Shown: in pieces, positions 52,287 to 63,114 of the stretch | Layout of the letters: the number at the start of each line of letters is the position of its first letter | How positions within the stretch are numbered: the first letter of the stretch is position 1 | NCBI GenBank assembly: GCA_963714015.1 | Contig: OY970223.1 | Coordinates: forward strand, 2,528,001-2,592,000 | Direction of reading: 5' to 3' | Source: Vulcanimicrobiota bacterium | GTDB lineage: Bacteria > Vulcanimicrobiota > Vulcanimicrobiia > Vulcanimicrobiales > Vulcanimicrobiaceae | Length of the DNA: 64,000 nt | The notes under the pieces: model-generated | What the model saw: only the letters and a program-made list of their open reading frames with translations | Database searches by the model: none | What the model was told of the DNA's origin: nothing | Program-made: the position numbers and the translations under genes

Positions 52287-53654
52287 ATGCCGCGCGCCTT
52301 AGCAATCTTAGTCGCCACGCTGTTGGCATTTTCCGCTTCCCGTGCATTCGCAGCGGTGAACGGTCCCGCATCACCGCAAGAGATACAGCGAACCTTAGCT
52401 GCGTACGTCGAGGGTCATCCGGAAGCGATGATTGCTCTGGGCATCGTCCGCAACGGAAAGTCCACGATCTATTTAATGCACGGAGCGACGGCACGTTCAC
52501 TAAACGAGGACACGCTTTTTCAAATCGGGTCGATCACAAAAACGTTCACGGCAACACTGCTAGCCCAAATGGTCGATGACGGCGAAGTGAAACTGAACGA
52601 CCCGATCCGAAAGTATCTGCCTACCGGCATCACGGCGCCAACGTTCAAAGGCAAGCCCATCAGGCTAGGCTTACTTGCAGAGCATCGATCCGGCTTGCCG
52701 GACGTACCCGCGAATCTGCCTCAAAAGAATCCGTCGAACCCCTACGCCGGCTATTCTACGCAAATGCTCTATAGCGCGATAAAGCATTTCAGGCTAACGC
52801 GCGCACCGGGAACAGTGTACCAGTATTCGAATTTCGGTTTCGGATTGCTTGGCCGGCTCCTTGCGAATCGAACGCACATGTCGTACGAAGCGTTAGTCCG
52901 GGAACGCATCCTTCAGCCGCTCGGCATGAACGACACGATCGTCATCGGCTCAAAAAGCACAAGGAAATCGCTTGCGCCGGGGTTCAGTTACAGCGGCCGG
53001 CCGCAGGTCCCGTGGGACTTTCCGGCTTTGAGCGGCGCCGGCTCCATCGAATCGAGCGCGCGCGACATGCTGATCTATCTGGAGGCGAACATCAACGCTC
53101 CTGCGGGACCGTTGGGCCGCGCGATGTCGTTCGCACAGCGGCCTCGTGCCCCCGAGGACGAGGATGACGTAACGGGACTGGGATGGGACAACACCATTCA
53201 CGTTCAGCCCGGGTGGGTCTACAAAGCCGGCGGCGACAGCGGTTATACATCGGACATCAGTTTCAACCGCCGGCTGCGTTTTGGCTTCGTCATACTCGCG
53301 AATATCGCGGATCAAGACGTCGATCAAATGGCGTCGCACATTGCTTTCCCTGCAACTGCGGCCGCTCCGATACAATGGAAACTCGTAAAGAAGGAACCCT
53401 CGCCGTATAGCGGCACATATTTTATCGCCTCGAACTTTGGTCACGTTGCTTTATCCATTTTCAAATATAAGGGCGCGCTGTACCTGAAAACCGCCGAGTC
53501 CGCACCGGAGAAACTGCCGGAATTGCGAAACGGGCGCTATGCGTGGCAATCAGAGGATGCGACCGTCACGTTCGACAAGAACGCGCGTGGCGTCGTCACC
53601 GGCCTAATGGTATTTCAGAACGGGCAGACCACACGCGCAAAAAAGATGCCTTGA
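52287..53654 (+). CDS. Secreted serine hydrolase, beta-lactamase family (tandem paralog)
   Basis: 'GSITK', 'YSN', 'KAGG'; signal peptide. Confidence 0.9.
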   Translation: MPRALAILVATLLAFSASRAFAAVNGPASPQEIQRTLAAYVEGHPEAMIALGIVRNGKSTIYLMHGATARSLNEDTLFQIGSITKTFTATLLAQMVDDGEVKLNDPIRKYLPTGITAPTFKGKPIRLGLLAEHRSGLPDVPANLPQKNPSNPYAGYSTQMLYSAIKHFRLTRAPGTVYQYSNFGFGLLGRLLANRTHMSYEALVRERILQPLGMNDTIVIGSKSTRKSLAPGFSYSGRPQVPWDFPALSGAGSIESSARDMLIYLEANINAPAGPLGRAMSFAQRPRAPEDEDDVTGLGWDNTIHVQPGWVYKAGGDSGYTSDISFNRRLRFGFVILANIADQDVDQMASHIAFPATAAAPIQWKLVKKEPSPYSGTYFIASNFGHVALSIFKYKGALYLKTAESAPEKLPELRNGRYAWQSEDATVTFDKNARGVVTGLMVFQNGQTTRAKKMP

Positions 53655-53886
53655 CTACCGCCGTACCTACACATTGTGAGCGAACGTCATACGGCACGGT
53701 ATTTCGTCGCCTTGTTAAACGCCTTACCAATCGGACAGCATGTCGAACTCAACGGCAACGATCGCGGCAATGGCCTGCTCTCCAACCTCGTCCCGATAGG
53801 CCCGAGGTCCGGTCGCACGTCACGTCTTTCCAGCGGGAGCAAGTTCAGTGCGCGAGCGAAATATCGCCCAACGGAGGAATTGCCCG

Positions 53887-54480
53887 GTGCTTTATCAATC
53901 GGTTCTGCTCGTCCATTTACTCGCGGTTGCTTTTGCATTCTTTATGGGCGGCGCGATCTTCGTGTTGCGTTCGATGCTTCCGAAGGCGCCGTCGGTGCCG
54001 GTCGCCGGCATGTTGATTCGTACCCTGGGATTCCTTACAAAGCTCATGCCGATGTTCGGGCTCATGCTGCTCGTTACGGGACTTGCCCTGACCAGGCTGT
54101 CATGGACTTTTTCACTGGCATGGATCGACGTCGCGATCGCAGCGGTGGTGCTGATGGGCCTCGTCGGCGCGACGGTGCTCAAACCGCGCAACATAAAACT
54201 CAAAGATCTGTTGATTTCATCGAGCGAGTTCACACCGGAAGTGCGCGCGGCGCTGGTGGATCCCGTTGCCGCCGTTGGCGAGATGATCAACATCTCGCTG
54301 GCAGTGGCGATGGTCATGGATATGACGTGGAAGCCATCGCTATTCGGTGCAATTTTCTTACTGATCGGCGTTCCGCTGGCGGCCGCCGCGTTGCAAACGG
54401 CGGCGTTCTCGCAGGGCGCGGCGCGGCGCCGGACTGGTGACGAGTCGCCTAAATTGACGGCTGATAGCGGTCAAGCGTAA
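53887..54480 (+). CDS. Integral membrane protein (DUF2269-like)
   Basis: About 5 TM helices, N-terminal 'LLVHLLA', 'MTWKP'; GGAGG RBS. Confidence 0.65.
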   Translation: MLYQSVLLVHLLAVAFAFFMGGAIFVLRSMLPKAPSVPVAGMLIRTLGFLTKLMPMFGLMLLVTGLALTRLSWTFSLAWIDVAIAAVVLMGLVGATVLKPRNIKLKDLLISSSEFTPEVRAALVDPVAAVGEMINISLAVAMVMDMTWKPSLFGAIFLLIGVPLAAAALQTAAFSQGAARRRTGDESPKLTADSGQA

Positions 54481-54519
54481 CCGCGGGGGCCGACGGGAGA
54501 CCGCACCGCGTCGTCTTTT

Positions 54520-55288
54520 CTATGTCGCGTCAAGAAACCGCTCGATCATCGGTACTAGCCAATCGGTTCTGACCGTCAGGCTCATGTGGTCCGTTCCCGG
54601 CAACACCGCGAGTTGAGCGCTCGGGATCAATCTGTACTCTTCAACTGCCTGCTCCGGCCGCATGACGTCCGAATCACCGCAAATGACAAGCGCACCGGCG
54701 CGAATCGCGCGCAACGACTCATGAGGAATATCTTGGAAGTTGCGCATCAAGTTCACGCCTTTATAGAAAAAGCGCTCGAAATCTTCAGGATGCGGCGCGA
54801 CTGCTAAGTAGGCATCGCGCAGCGTTTCAGGCATAATATTCGGCGAAGCCGTCGCAAAGCCGTCCCAGAATGCCGGTTCTGCGCCGTCGTGGTTGAAAAA
54901 GGCAGAAGCGAGGACGAGTTTTCGAACCCTTTCCGGGTGCCGGATCGCGACGTGCAGTGCGACGGTACCGCCGTTGCTGAAGCCGAACAGGTCGGCTTTT
55001 GGGATTTTAACATGGTCGAGCAGCGCGACTGTATCGTCGGCAAACCCCTCGAAGCTGAACGGGCAGATCGGCGATGTCGGCAGTGTGCCCGTACCCCTGG
55101 CGTTCGAAAGCAATAATCTGTCGGCTGCGCGCAAGTTCAGGCAAGATCTTTCCAAACGAGGTCTGGATCGTATCCCCGCCGCCATGCAACAAGACGAGCG
55201 GTGGGGTTCCCTGCCGCGGCTCGCCGTGAACTTCGTAATAGAGTTGAATGCCGTTGATCGGTGCGTAATTGCCGTCGCGTCTGCCCAC
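54520..55288 (-). CDS. Alpha/beta hydrolase (frameshift near 55062; start uncertain)
   Basis: 'LVLLHGG', 'QGYGHT', nucleophile 'GFSNGG', 'GDSD', 'PGTDH'. Confidence 0.85.
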
Positions 55289-55408
55289 AGAGGCCTTTTT
55301 GTCGAACGCGCCGGAGCGAAACCTGCAAATAGGTTTCCGGCCGGTGTCGATTTCCGGTCCTTCGGTTCGACGTGTAGGTAAAAGCCAACTCGACGATAAG
55401 GAGCTCCC

Positions 55409-55789
55409 GTGCGATTCTTAGTCTTGGTCAAACCGAATAATGACGAAGTTGCCCGTTACGAAGGCGGCAGCTTCCCCGATACCTTCAGCGACAGCTTCGC
55501 AAAAATGGCGGCATTCAACCAAACGCTCATCAACGACGCCATGCTTGTGGACATGGGCGGTCTGAAGCCCACCTCCAAGGCCGTCCGCATCGACTACTCG
55601 AGCGCAAGGCCCCAGGTTACCGATGGACCCTTCACTGAAACGAAGGAGTTGGTTGCCGGATTCTGGCTGCTCGAAGCGCGCTCGAAGGAAGAGCTCGTCG
55701 AACGCCTTTTGCGTTGCCCGTTCGACTATGGCGAATCGATCGAAGTCCGTCCGTTGTTCTCCGAGGAAGATCTCGAAGAGTTCCTATAA
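55409..55789 (+). CDS. YciI/DGPF family protein
   Basis: 'VTDGPFTETKELVAGFW', 'IEVRP'. Confidence 0.9.
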   Translation: MRFLVLVKPNNDEVARYEGGSFPDTFSDSFAKMAAFNQTLINDAMLVDMGGLKPTSKAVRIDYSSARPQVTDGPFTETKELVAGFWLLEARSKEELVERLLRCPFDYGESIEVRPLFSEEDLEEFL

Positions 55790-55994
55790 ACGCAGGTAGG
55801 CGGGGTTTTATAGGAAACAGGCAGCGTTTGAGGGGTTTTCGGCGCCGGAGCAGGGCGAAACCTAAGTTTCCCGAAGCTCAAAAAACTCGCCGTACTACGG
55901 AAAAAGTGCGCGGTCGCCCGGTCTCATCATAGACTTATCGGTTTGACCCTAATCGAGAAAACTCCCAATCGCCGGTCTTCTATGGATTGGCAAA

Positions 55995-56816
55995 GTGGTG
56001 ATCTCGATGGCAGATACTCTCTCGCCAACTCGCGCAACCGGCAATCTCTTCTTGGATAGTATGCCGACAGCCGCGCGCGAGGCGCTTCAAGCGCATCTTC
56101 AGCATGTCCCCTTAAAGCAAAATCGCGAGATTTATGCAGCAGGTGAATCGATGGATGCGGTATTCTTTCCTATTCACAGCATCGTCTCGATCGTAGCGGA
56201 TCTGCGTGACGGAGAAACCGTCGAAACGGGCATTGTCGGCCGCGAGGGGATGACCGGTCACACGATTGCGCTCGGCCAATCCGTCGCTCGACACCGTTCG
56301 AATGTGCAGGTGGGTGATTCCGCAAAGTGTATGCCTGCGGACCACTTCCGGGCGGCGCTGAAAAGCGAACCGGAACTGCAAGCCTATGTGGCGCGGTATG
56401 CGTACGCGACGACTATTTGCCTTGCGCAATCCGTCGCATGCAACGGTCATCATCCGGCCAACGAACGCTGCGCGCGCTGGCTCTTAATGGCGCACGATCG
56501 CGTTGAAGGCGACGTCTTGTTATTGACGCAAGAGTTTCTAAGTCAAATGCTCGGGCTTCGGCGCGGCAGCGTAACGATTGCGGCCTCTGCTCTGCAGGAG
56601 GCCGGCTTCATTTCATACTCTCGCGGCCACATTACCATACGCAATCGGAGCGGACTCGAATCGGCTTCCTGCGAGTGTTACGACGCCGTGGAAAAAGAGT
56701 TGAAAGGCGTCATGGGATATTCGATTACTAAAACAGCCGACATTGATGCCGGCCCCGGTGCAACGTCTAAGAGACAGGACGGATCGCCTGTCCGCAGCTC
56801 GGACGGCCGCGCCTAA
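55995..56816 (+). CDS. Crp/Fnr family transcriptional regulator
   Basis: 'VGREG', 'ERCARWLL', 'LTQEFLSQMLGLRRGSVT', 'SCECY'. Confidence 0.9.
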   Translation: MVISMADTLSPTRATGNLFLDSMPTAAREALQAHLQHVPLKQNREIYAAGESMDAVFFPIHSIVSIVADLRDGETVETGIVGREGMTGHTIALGQSVARHRSNVQVGDSAKCMPADHFRAALKSEPELQAYVARYAYATTICLAQSVACNGHHPANERCARWLLMAHDRVEGDVLLLTQEFLSQMLGLRRGSVTIAASALQEAGFISYSRGHITIRNRSGLESASCECYDAVEKELKGVMGYSITKTADIDAGPGATSKRQDGSPVRSSDGRA

Positions 56817-57064
56817 TCAAATCGGCCGCGGCGCGCGATAGGTATTGAGCGGCAGCTTCATGCCGGTATGTGCACCATTCTCATCCGGCGAAACTTGCGC
56901 TAAGAGCGGCTGGTGGTAGCGACAAGGCCGTACGAGGTATGTTTTCGGGACCGGAGCGACGGCGCAGCACCCACACGCCCAAAACAACCGAGCACGGTCG
57001 CGAGCGATGTCGCGGCGAGCGGGCCTGCATAGCAGCAAACGGATCTGATAATCGGATAACCAAA

Positions 57065-57352
57065 TCATTCGAGAACGAACAAGGTGTCGAGTTTCACAAG
57101 GGAAAGTATTCGCGCCAATCGCGGCGCAACGTGAATCAAGCGGAGTTGCGTCTCGGGGTCACGCTCTCTCCACTGACGGAGCTTGCCGACGAGCACCCCA
57201 AGACATGAGCAATCAAGAAGTTCCGTCTTCGATAGATCGAGCACGACGTCGCTGCGGGGCTCGACGGAATCCAATTCTGCTTTCAACTCGACCTTGCGGA
57301 AAATATCGTAACAGCCGCCGTGAAGCGAAACGGGTTCAGATATATGCCTCAC
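57065..57352 (-). CDS. STAS-domain (anti-sigma antagonist-like) protein
   Basis: 'VVLDLSKTELLDCSCLGVLV...RILSLVKLD'. Confidence 0.75.
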   Translation of the reverse strand: MRHISEPVSLHGGCYDIFRKVELKAELDSVEPRSDVVLDLSKTELLDCSCLGVLVGKLRQWRERDPETQLRLIHVAPRLARILSLVKLDTLFVLE

Positions 57353-57374
57353 CAGCGATCCGTGAAAAGAGCGC

Positions 57375-57686
57375 TTAAGGACGCGTTGGAGAGCGCCCAT
57401 TACCGGCAGAGTCAAAGTAGTACGATCCAAACTCCTTGCCCAGGTCCCTCAAAGAAAAAGGCTTGCCCATGGACTGCATGGCAATGCTCTCTTGGTGCGG
57501 CTCTTCGATGCGAACGATCAGCGTCGCCGGGTGCGGTGCCGAAAATGCGTCGAAGAGATCCAGGGCCATGCGGCGCGCGTTTTCAACCGCTTCTTCCGCG
57601 GTCGCACCGACGGCCGCGATGTCCATTTGACTCTCCGCGATGTAACCGTTTCCAAGCTGCGTGACGTGAATACGCAATGGGTCCAA
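57375..57686 (-). CDS. Small hypothetical protein with a HicB-like N-terminus
   Basis: 'GYIAE...AVGATAEEAVENAR'; GAGGAGG RBS. Confidence 0.55.
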   Translation of the reverse strand: MDPLRIHVTQLGNGYIAESQMDIAAVGATAEEAVENARRMALDLFDAFSAPHPATLIVRIEEPHQESIAMQSMGKPFSLRDLGKEFGSYYFDSAGNGRSPTRP

Positions 57687-57851
57687 GGTTCTAAAGCCTC
57701 CTCAGGAACGAGCAGGGAACTATAACAATTGTAGAGTGCCGGGGGGGGGCATCGGTCCGGTGCCGCGCATATAACGGATCAGAAAGTTGGACCCCGTCCA
57801 ACCACCGTTACACCAGCCAAGGGGGCAGCTCCGAATGAGCGCTCGCCGGCT

Positions 57852-60252
57852 CTATGCCAACACGGCGAATGCATCTGCAATAATTTGGCGCAGCGGCGCG
57901 GCGGCACCGAAACGCCGCTCTTGCGAAAATACGTTATCGCCGAGAACGTCACGGATCGTCCGGACCTGTGAGTCATACTCGGCAATCTCGTAAGGCCACA
58001 GCGGTGAGCGAATCGCCTCGCGAAGTGCCTCGGCAGCTCCGCAAAGCCGAGCTGCGGTGCGAAAGTCTTCCTCCCGGATAGAGAGCCGCATCATTCCTTC
58101 CAACGCGTCCGCCGTGAGCGCCTTGTTGACGACGGTTTCGAGCAGATCGAACGTCTGCCGCCAACGCGCGCGCGCAACGTCGTACCGGCCGAGTTTCATC
58201 GCGACGGAAGCCAGGCGGTCGTAGGAATAAACGATCTGCGCCTGGTCGCCCATCTCCGTTTGCAGCGCGAGGCATTCTTCGAAAACGTCGTTTGCCTGTT
58301 CGTACTCGCCCATCTGTTCGAGAATGTAGCCGACCTTCGTCAGCGAGATCGCCAGCCCCGAATTGTTTTCGAGCGCTCGGAATAAATCGATGCTTTGCTC
58401 GCAGACCCGAAGCCCATTCGCCCAGTCGTTCTGCGCGGAAAGAACGGACCCGATACTGGCCAGTGAAGTCGCGATTCCGAAGCGGTCGTCGATCCTGCGG
58501 CGGATCTCGAGCGCCTGCTCGTGCACCTTCCGCGCTTCGTCATACCGGCCCAAGAAAAGCAACAGCTGGCCCTTCGAATTGAGTGACACCGTAAGCTCGA
58601 CTTCATCGCCGATCTCGCGCCACAGCGCGATCGCGCGTTCGCACAGCGGCAGCGCCTGTTCGAATTCGCCCAGGGCGCCCATGAGCATCGCTTTGCCCTG
58701 CAGCGCCTTTGCCTCCCCGAATGCGCTGACGTTCTCCGGCATGCGGTCCGCACGTTCGAGAAAGCGCTCGTACCAGCGGTTTCCTTCCGAAAAATAGCCA
58801 CGCATCCACCAGAAGCGCCACATCATGCCCGCAAGGCGCAAGCCGAGATCGGTCCGGCCGGCGCGGAGCGCCCAATCGAGGACCGCGCGGATATTCGGAT
58901 GTTCCAGTTCCGTGAGCGCAAGCCACCGTGCTTGATCGTTGCCTTTCAATTGCTCGTACGATTCCGTCGCAAACTCCAGATAATACGCGGCCATTCGCGT
59001 AAACAGCACATCTTCTTCACCCGCTTCGGCGAGACGTTCGCGCGCGAACTCACGCAGCAACTCGAGCATGCGCGTGCGCGGCTGGCCTTCGGGATCCTCG
59101 GCCAGGGAGAGCAGACTTTTTTCAATCAGCGCCGCGAGAAGCGCCAGCAGCGAATCGGCGGATTCATTCGTCACGGCGCCCGCTGCCGCAATCGTCGAAC
59201 CAGCATTGAAGAGCGAGAGCGCCCGAAACACGCGCTGCTCGTGCTCGGAGAGCAGATCGTAACTCCATTCGATCGCATCGCGCATCGTCTTGTGGCGTTC
59301 GGGCAGATCGACGGGCCCTTGCTCGAGCAGCGGCAGCCGGCGTTCGAGCCGCGCGAGCAGCGCCGATGGCGGCAGCAGCATCAGTCGCGGCGCCGCAAGC
59401 TCGATGGCGAGCGGCAAACCTTCGAGCCGTTCGACGATCGCCGCAACGACGCGCTCATTTGCATCCGAAAGCGCGAAGTCAAAGTTCACCGCCTGTGCAC
59501 GTTCGACGAAGAGCGCAAGGCCGGCGTCCGCCGCGAGGGGCCGCACGTCGTAGACATATTCCATACGAAGGTGCAAACGTTCGCGGCTGGTCACAAGCGC
59601 CGTGAGGTTGGGACACGCGCTCAGCAGATAGTGCGTCGTACTCGCCGCCGCCATGAGATGTTCGAAATTATCGAGCACCAGCAAGCGGCGCTGGGTTCCG
59701 ATGTGCGCGGCCACCGCCTGCGCAAGAGGCGTGTCCGGTTGCTCGCGCAGGCCGAGCTCGGCGGCGATTGCCTGCGTCACAAAATGCGGATCCGAGATCG
59801 GCGCGAGAGCAACGACGGAGGTGGCTTCGAACAGGCCGCTGCACTGCGCGGCAATCGAGAGCGCTAAGTTCGTCTTGCCCACGCCGGCCGGCCCGGTAAG
59901 GGTGACGAGGCGAACGTCTTTGCCATTGAGCAGGTCGCGAATTTCGGCAAGCTCGCGGTCGCGGCCGAGCAGCGGTACGGCGTGCAGCGCGGTTTTCGAA
60001 GCAACCGGCGCGGGCGCGTCTTTTGCGCGCCGCTTTGAAACGGCTGCGCGCAAATGTCCCGAATCGGCCGGTCGAGAGCTGCAGCGCTTGCGCGATGAGC
60101 ATTAGGCTGATGAGGCGCGGCGAGCGCTGGAACCCGGTTTCCAAGTCGCTGATGGTGCGAACGCTCAGACCGGCTCGCTCCGCCAGCGTCTCCTGAGAGA
60201 TTCCCGCGCCGGAACGATATGCTCGGACCAGGTCGGCGAGTGAGTCCGTCAT
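57852..60252 (-). CDS. XRE-HTH + STAND ATPase + TPR regulator (frameshift near 60070)
   Basis: 'SQETLAERAGLSVRTISDLE', 'GPAGVGKT', 'LVLDNFEH', 'LEGLPLAIELAA', TPR repeats. Confidence 0.9.
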
Positions 60253-60364
60253 GTGCACTCCCGAGCTCGCGCGATAATGTTAGTTTCTTCGTGGAGTTCA
60301 AGCGGCGCCCTCGTAGGATGATTACACCGGCGCAAACGCCGGAATTCGTCCGGAGGACCTCGGC

Positions 60365-60652
60365 GTGACAGTTCCCCAAACCGATCGGCTCGACGACGTA
60401 CCCGCGTTCGCGCAGGCTTCGGCTGCAGCGCGGGAGACGTCGCCTTCCTGGTCTCGGACGGAGTTGGCATCAGCGGCCTCACGTTCCGGCGGCGCCGAGC
60501 GCCCCGGAATTGCCTTCCTAGAGCGTTACATTCACCAACTGCTTGCGTTTCCCGAATCGATCCTCTCGCGTCTTCGGAGTGAGATTCTCGCGACGGGCGC
60601 TGACCTCTACTTACCGCTTCAAGTCGGTGCGCATGCGCGCGCCGCGTCATGA
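60365..60652 (+). CDS. Hypothetical protein
   Basis: 95 aa ORF behind a GGAGG RBS, upstream of a lipoprotein. Confidence 0.45.
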   Translation: MTVPQTDRLDDVPAFAQASAAARETSPSWSRTELASAASRSGGAERPGIAFLERYIHQLLAFPESILSRLRSEILATGADLYLPLQVGAHARAAS

Positions 60653-60669
60653 GAAAGGACCCAACCAAC

Positions 60670-61735
60670 GTGAAAAACCTCAATACGATCGGCCGCATTA
60701 CGGGGGCCATCCTCACCGCATCTATCATTATGCTTCCGCTCGCGGCTTGCAGCGGCGGATCGCCTTCGGTTCCGTCGTCAGCGATGCCGCTCGGCATCGC
60801 GCAGCCGTCATCGCCTGCATCATCGGCGGAGCCTTCTAACACCAACAGCATGGCCTCCCTGGCGAACGAGCCGTTGACGACCAAGAAACTTCTCTTCGTG
60901 AGCGACGCCGAAACCAACAAGGTTTTCGTGTTTAATGCTGCCGCCACCACGCAGAATCCCACGCCGCTGCGCGTCATCACCAACGGCGTGGTCGAACCCA
61001 ACGGCATCACGACGGATCTCGCCGGAAATCTCTACGTTGCCAATTATGCAAATAACACCGTAACCGTGTACGGGCCCGGCGCGAGCAAACCCAAACTCAC
61101 GCTCTCGAATGGAATCAGCTTCCCCTGGGACGTGAAGGTCGACGGCTTTGGAAACGTGTACGTCGTGAGTCTGCCGTGGGGCAACAGCGCATACATCTCC
61201 GAGTTCGCCAAAGGCGCCACCGCGCCGGAGTACACCTGGTACGTGCCGCAGCAGAACCTGGAGATCTCGGGCATCGCGATACTGAATGCGAAGACTTCCC
61301 CGTCCATTTACGCAACTGCATATTCCTTGGACCAAAACGACGTAGCGCACGGGACGATCCTCAGTCTGCTTCCCCGGTCAGTCGACCTGCACGCAGCTCG
61401 GCTATTCGTTCGGACAGACCGGCGGAATCACGGTTGAGCAGTCGCCGGGCGGATCCGGTCAGTTCGAATTTTTGGCCGTCGATCAGTATGTCCCGGGCGT
61501 GGACGAGTTCCAGCCGTTCGTTCAACAGAACCCAATCCAGCAGATCAACACCGGCGGTACTCCCGAGTTCCTCACCCTGAACGCCGCCCGCAAGGATCTC
61601 TTCGTGGCGGATCGCTTCTACGGTTACGTCGACGAATACAGCTTCCCGGCCGGCAAGATTGTAAACCACTTCTCACCCAACGACAGCGGCGAAGTCTACG
61701 GCGTCGCCACAACCCCGGCGAGCACCTACTTCTAG
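60670..61735 (+). CDS. Lipoprotein with NHL/beta-propeller repeats (frameshift near 61366)
   Basis: 'LAACSGG' lipobox; 'PNGITTDLAGNLYVAN' and 'PWDVKVDGFGNVYV'. Confidence 0.8.
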
Positions 61736-61772
61736 ACGCCCAACACAATGCAACGTCTCAGACGACGGAAAC

Positions 61773-61808
61773 GAGGAAGGCTCGCATAGAAGCGGGCCTT
61801 CTTCCTTT
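61773..61808 (+). terminator. Putative intrinsic terminator
   Basis: gaggaaggctcgc-atagaa-gcgggccttcttc hairpin after the lipoprotein gene. Confidence 0.55.
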
Positions 61809-61882
61809 ACTGTGGCAGCCGGTGCAAGCACGAAGGCCGGAAAGAAGAAAGCTCTGACTGCCAAGGAAATAACTCATCCGAA

Positions 61883-62440
61883 ATGATCCCTGAATGGCTG
61901 AGCGCGATAGCCTCTTTTCTAACGCTGCTTGTGGTCGCGGCGTCGGCCGCCGCCGCGCTGATTCAGTTGCGGCACATGCGCGGTGCAAATCAGATTGTCG
62001 CACTCAACGAAATTCGTGAGACCTTTGAAACCGACCGGTTCCGCGACGCCATACGCTATGTCTACCGGGAACTGCCGCGCTTATACGAGGATCCGGCCGC
62101 GAGGGTCGATCTCATTGCAGTTCCCTTGCCCGCGCAATACGAGCCGGCCCGAACCGTGGCGAATTTCTTCGAAAACGTAGGCATGTACGTAAAGCGCGGC
62201 GTTCTCGACGAGAATTTTACGGCAGACATGTGGGGGGGCATAATCCTTACGTCATGGCTGCGAATGGCGCCGCTCATCACGAATCGACGGCACGTTCAGA
62301 AACAACCGCAAATCTGGCAGAACTTCGAATACCTTGCCGCAATATGCCGGCAATTCAAAGAACGCTATCCGAACGGCGCCTATCCCGAAAGGGTGCCGCG
62401 GATGCCTGAAGCCGAGGTTTGGCGAGAATCCGGCTCCTGA
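61883..62440 (+). CDS. DUF4760-like protein with an N-terminal TM helix
   Basis: 'VANFFENVGMYVKRGVLD' and 'WQNFEYLA'. Confidence 0.7.
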   Translation: MIPEWLSAIASFLTLLVVAASAAAALIQLRHMRGANQIVALNEIRETFETDRFRDAIRYVYRELPRLYEDPAARVDLIAVPLPAQYEPARTVANFFENVGMYVKRGVLDENFTADMWGGIILTSWLRMAPLITNRRHVQKQPQIWQNFEYLAAICRQFKERYPNGAYPERVPRMPEAEVWRESGS

Positions 62441-62613
62441 ACCTCCGCTATAAGGAGCCTTACGCCGGATAATTGGCCAGGGCAGGCATTCGTCGCGCCT
62501 TGTATGGCGTTTGTAACCGGACTGTAACTGGTGTCGAGTTTAATCGAAGACGAGCCTTCGCATTATGGCGGCGACTCGATTTTGCTTATCACTCGCTTAC
62601 TTGGAGGACGCGT

Positions 62614-63114
62614 ATGGAGATATTTAGGCTCAGAGCCTTTGCACTGCTTCCGGCGATCCTGCTGCTCTTTGGGGCCGCATGCGGCGGTTCGGGCGGGGCG
62701 GCGGCGGTAAGCCCGTCCCAGCAGCAATCCGGAAACTCTATTCTTCTCTATGTCATGGCCGGCAGCGCTACTCCGGCTCCCGGCACTCTTGGCACGCAAA
62801 GTGTCAACTATTCCTTTACGGCGCCGAATCAATCGGTTCAAATTCTCGTCAACCAGGTGAATTATACGAGCGCCTTTACGATTACGAGCGCTTGTCAGAC
62901 CCCCACGCAATCTCAAGGCGCCTCGGGAGTCGCGACGGCATCATTTGCAGCTCCGGCCTCAAACGGGCCGCAAGCCGTAATGACCGTTACGTCGGGTGCA
63001 AACGGCGGAAACTGCATTTTCGACGTAAAGGGCGGAGCAGGTAAGACAGCCACGGTTTTCGTCGGCAATACCGTTACCACGGGAAATATCAGCTCGAAAG
63101 GAACGTCACGATGA
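62614..63114 (+). CDS. Lipoprotein
   Basis: GGAGG RBS, 'GAACGGSGG' lipobox. Confidence 0.75.
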   Translation: MEIFRLRAFALLPAILLLFGAACGGSGGAAAVSPSQQQSGNSILLYVMAGSATPAPGTLGTQSVNYSFTAPNQSVQILVNQVNYTSAFTITSACQTPTQSQGASGVATASFAAPASNGPQAVMTVTSGANGGNCIFDVKGGAGKTATVFVGNTVTTGNISSKGTSR

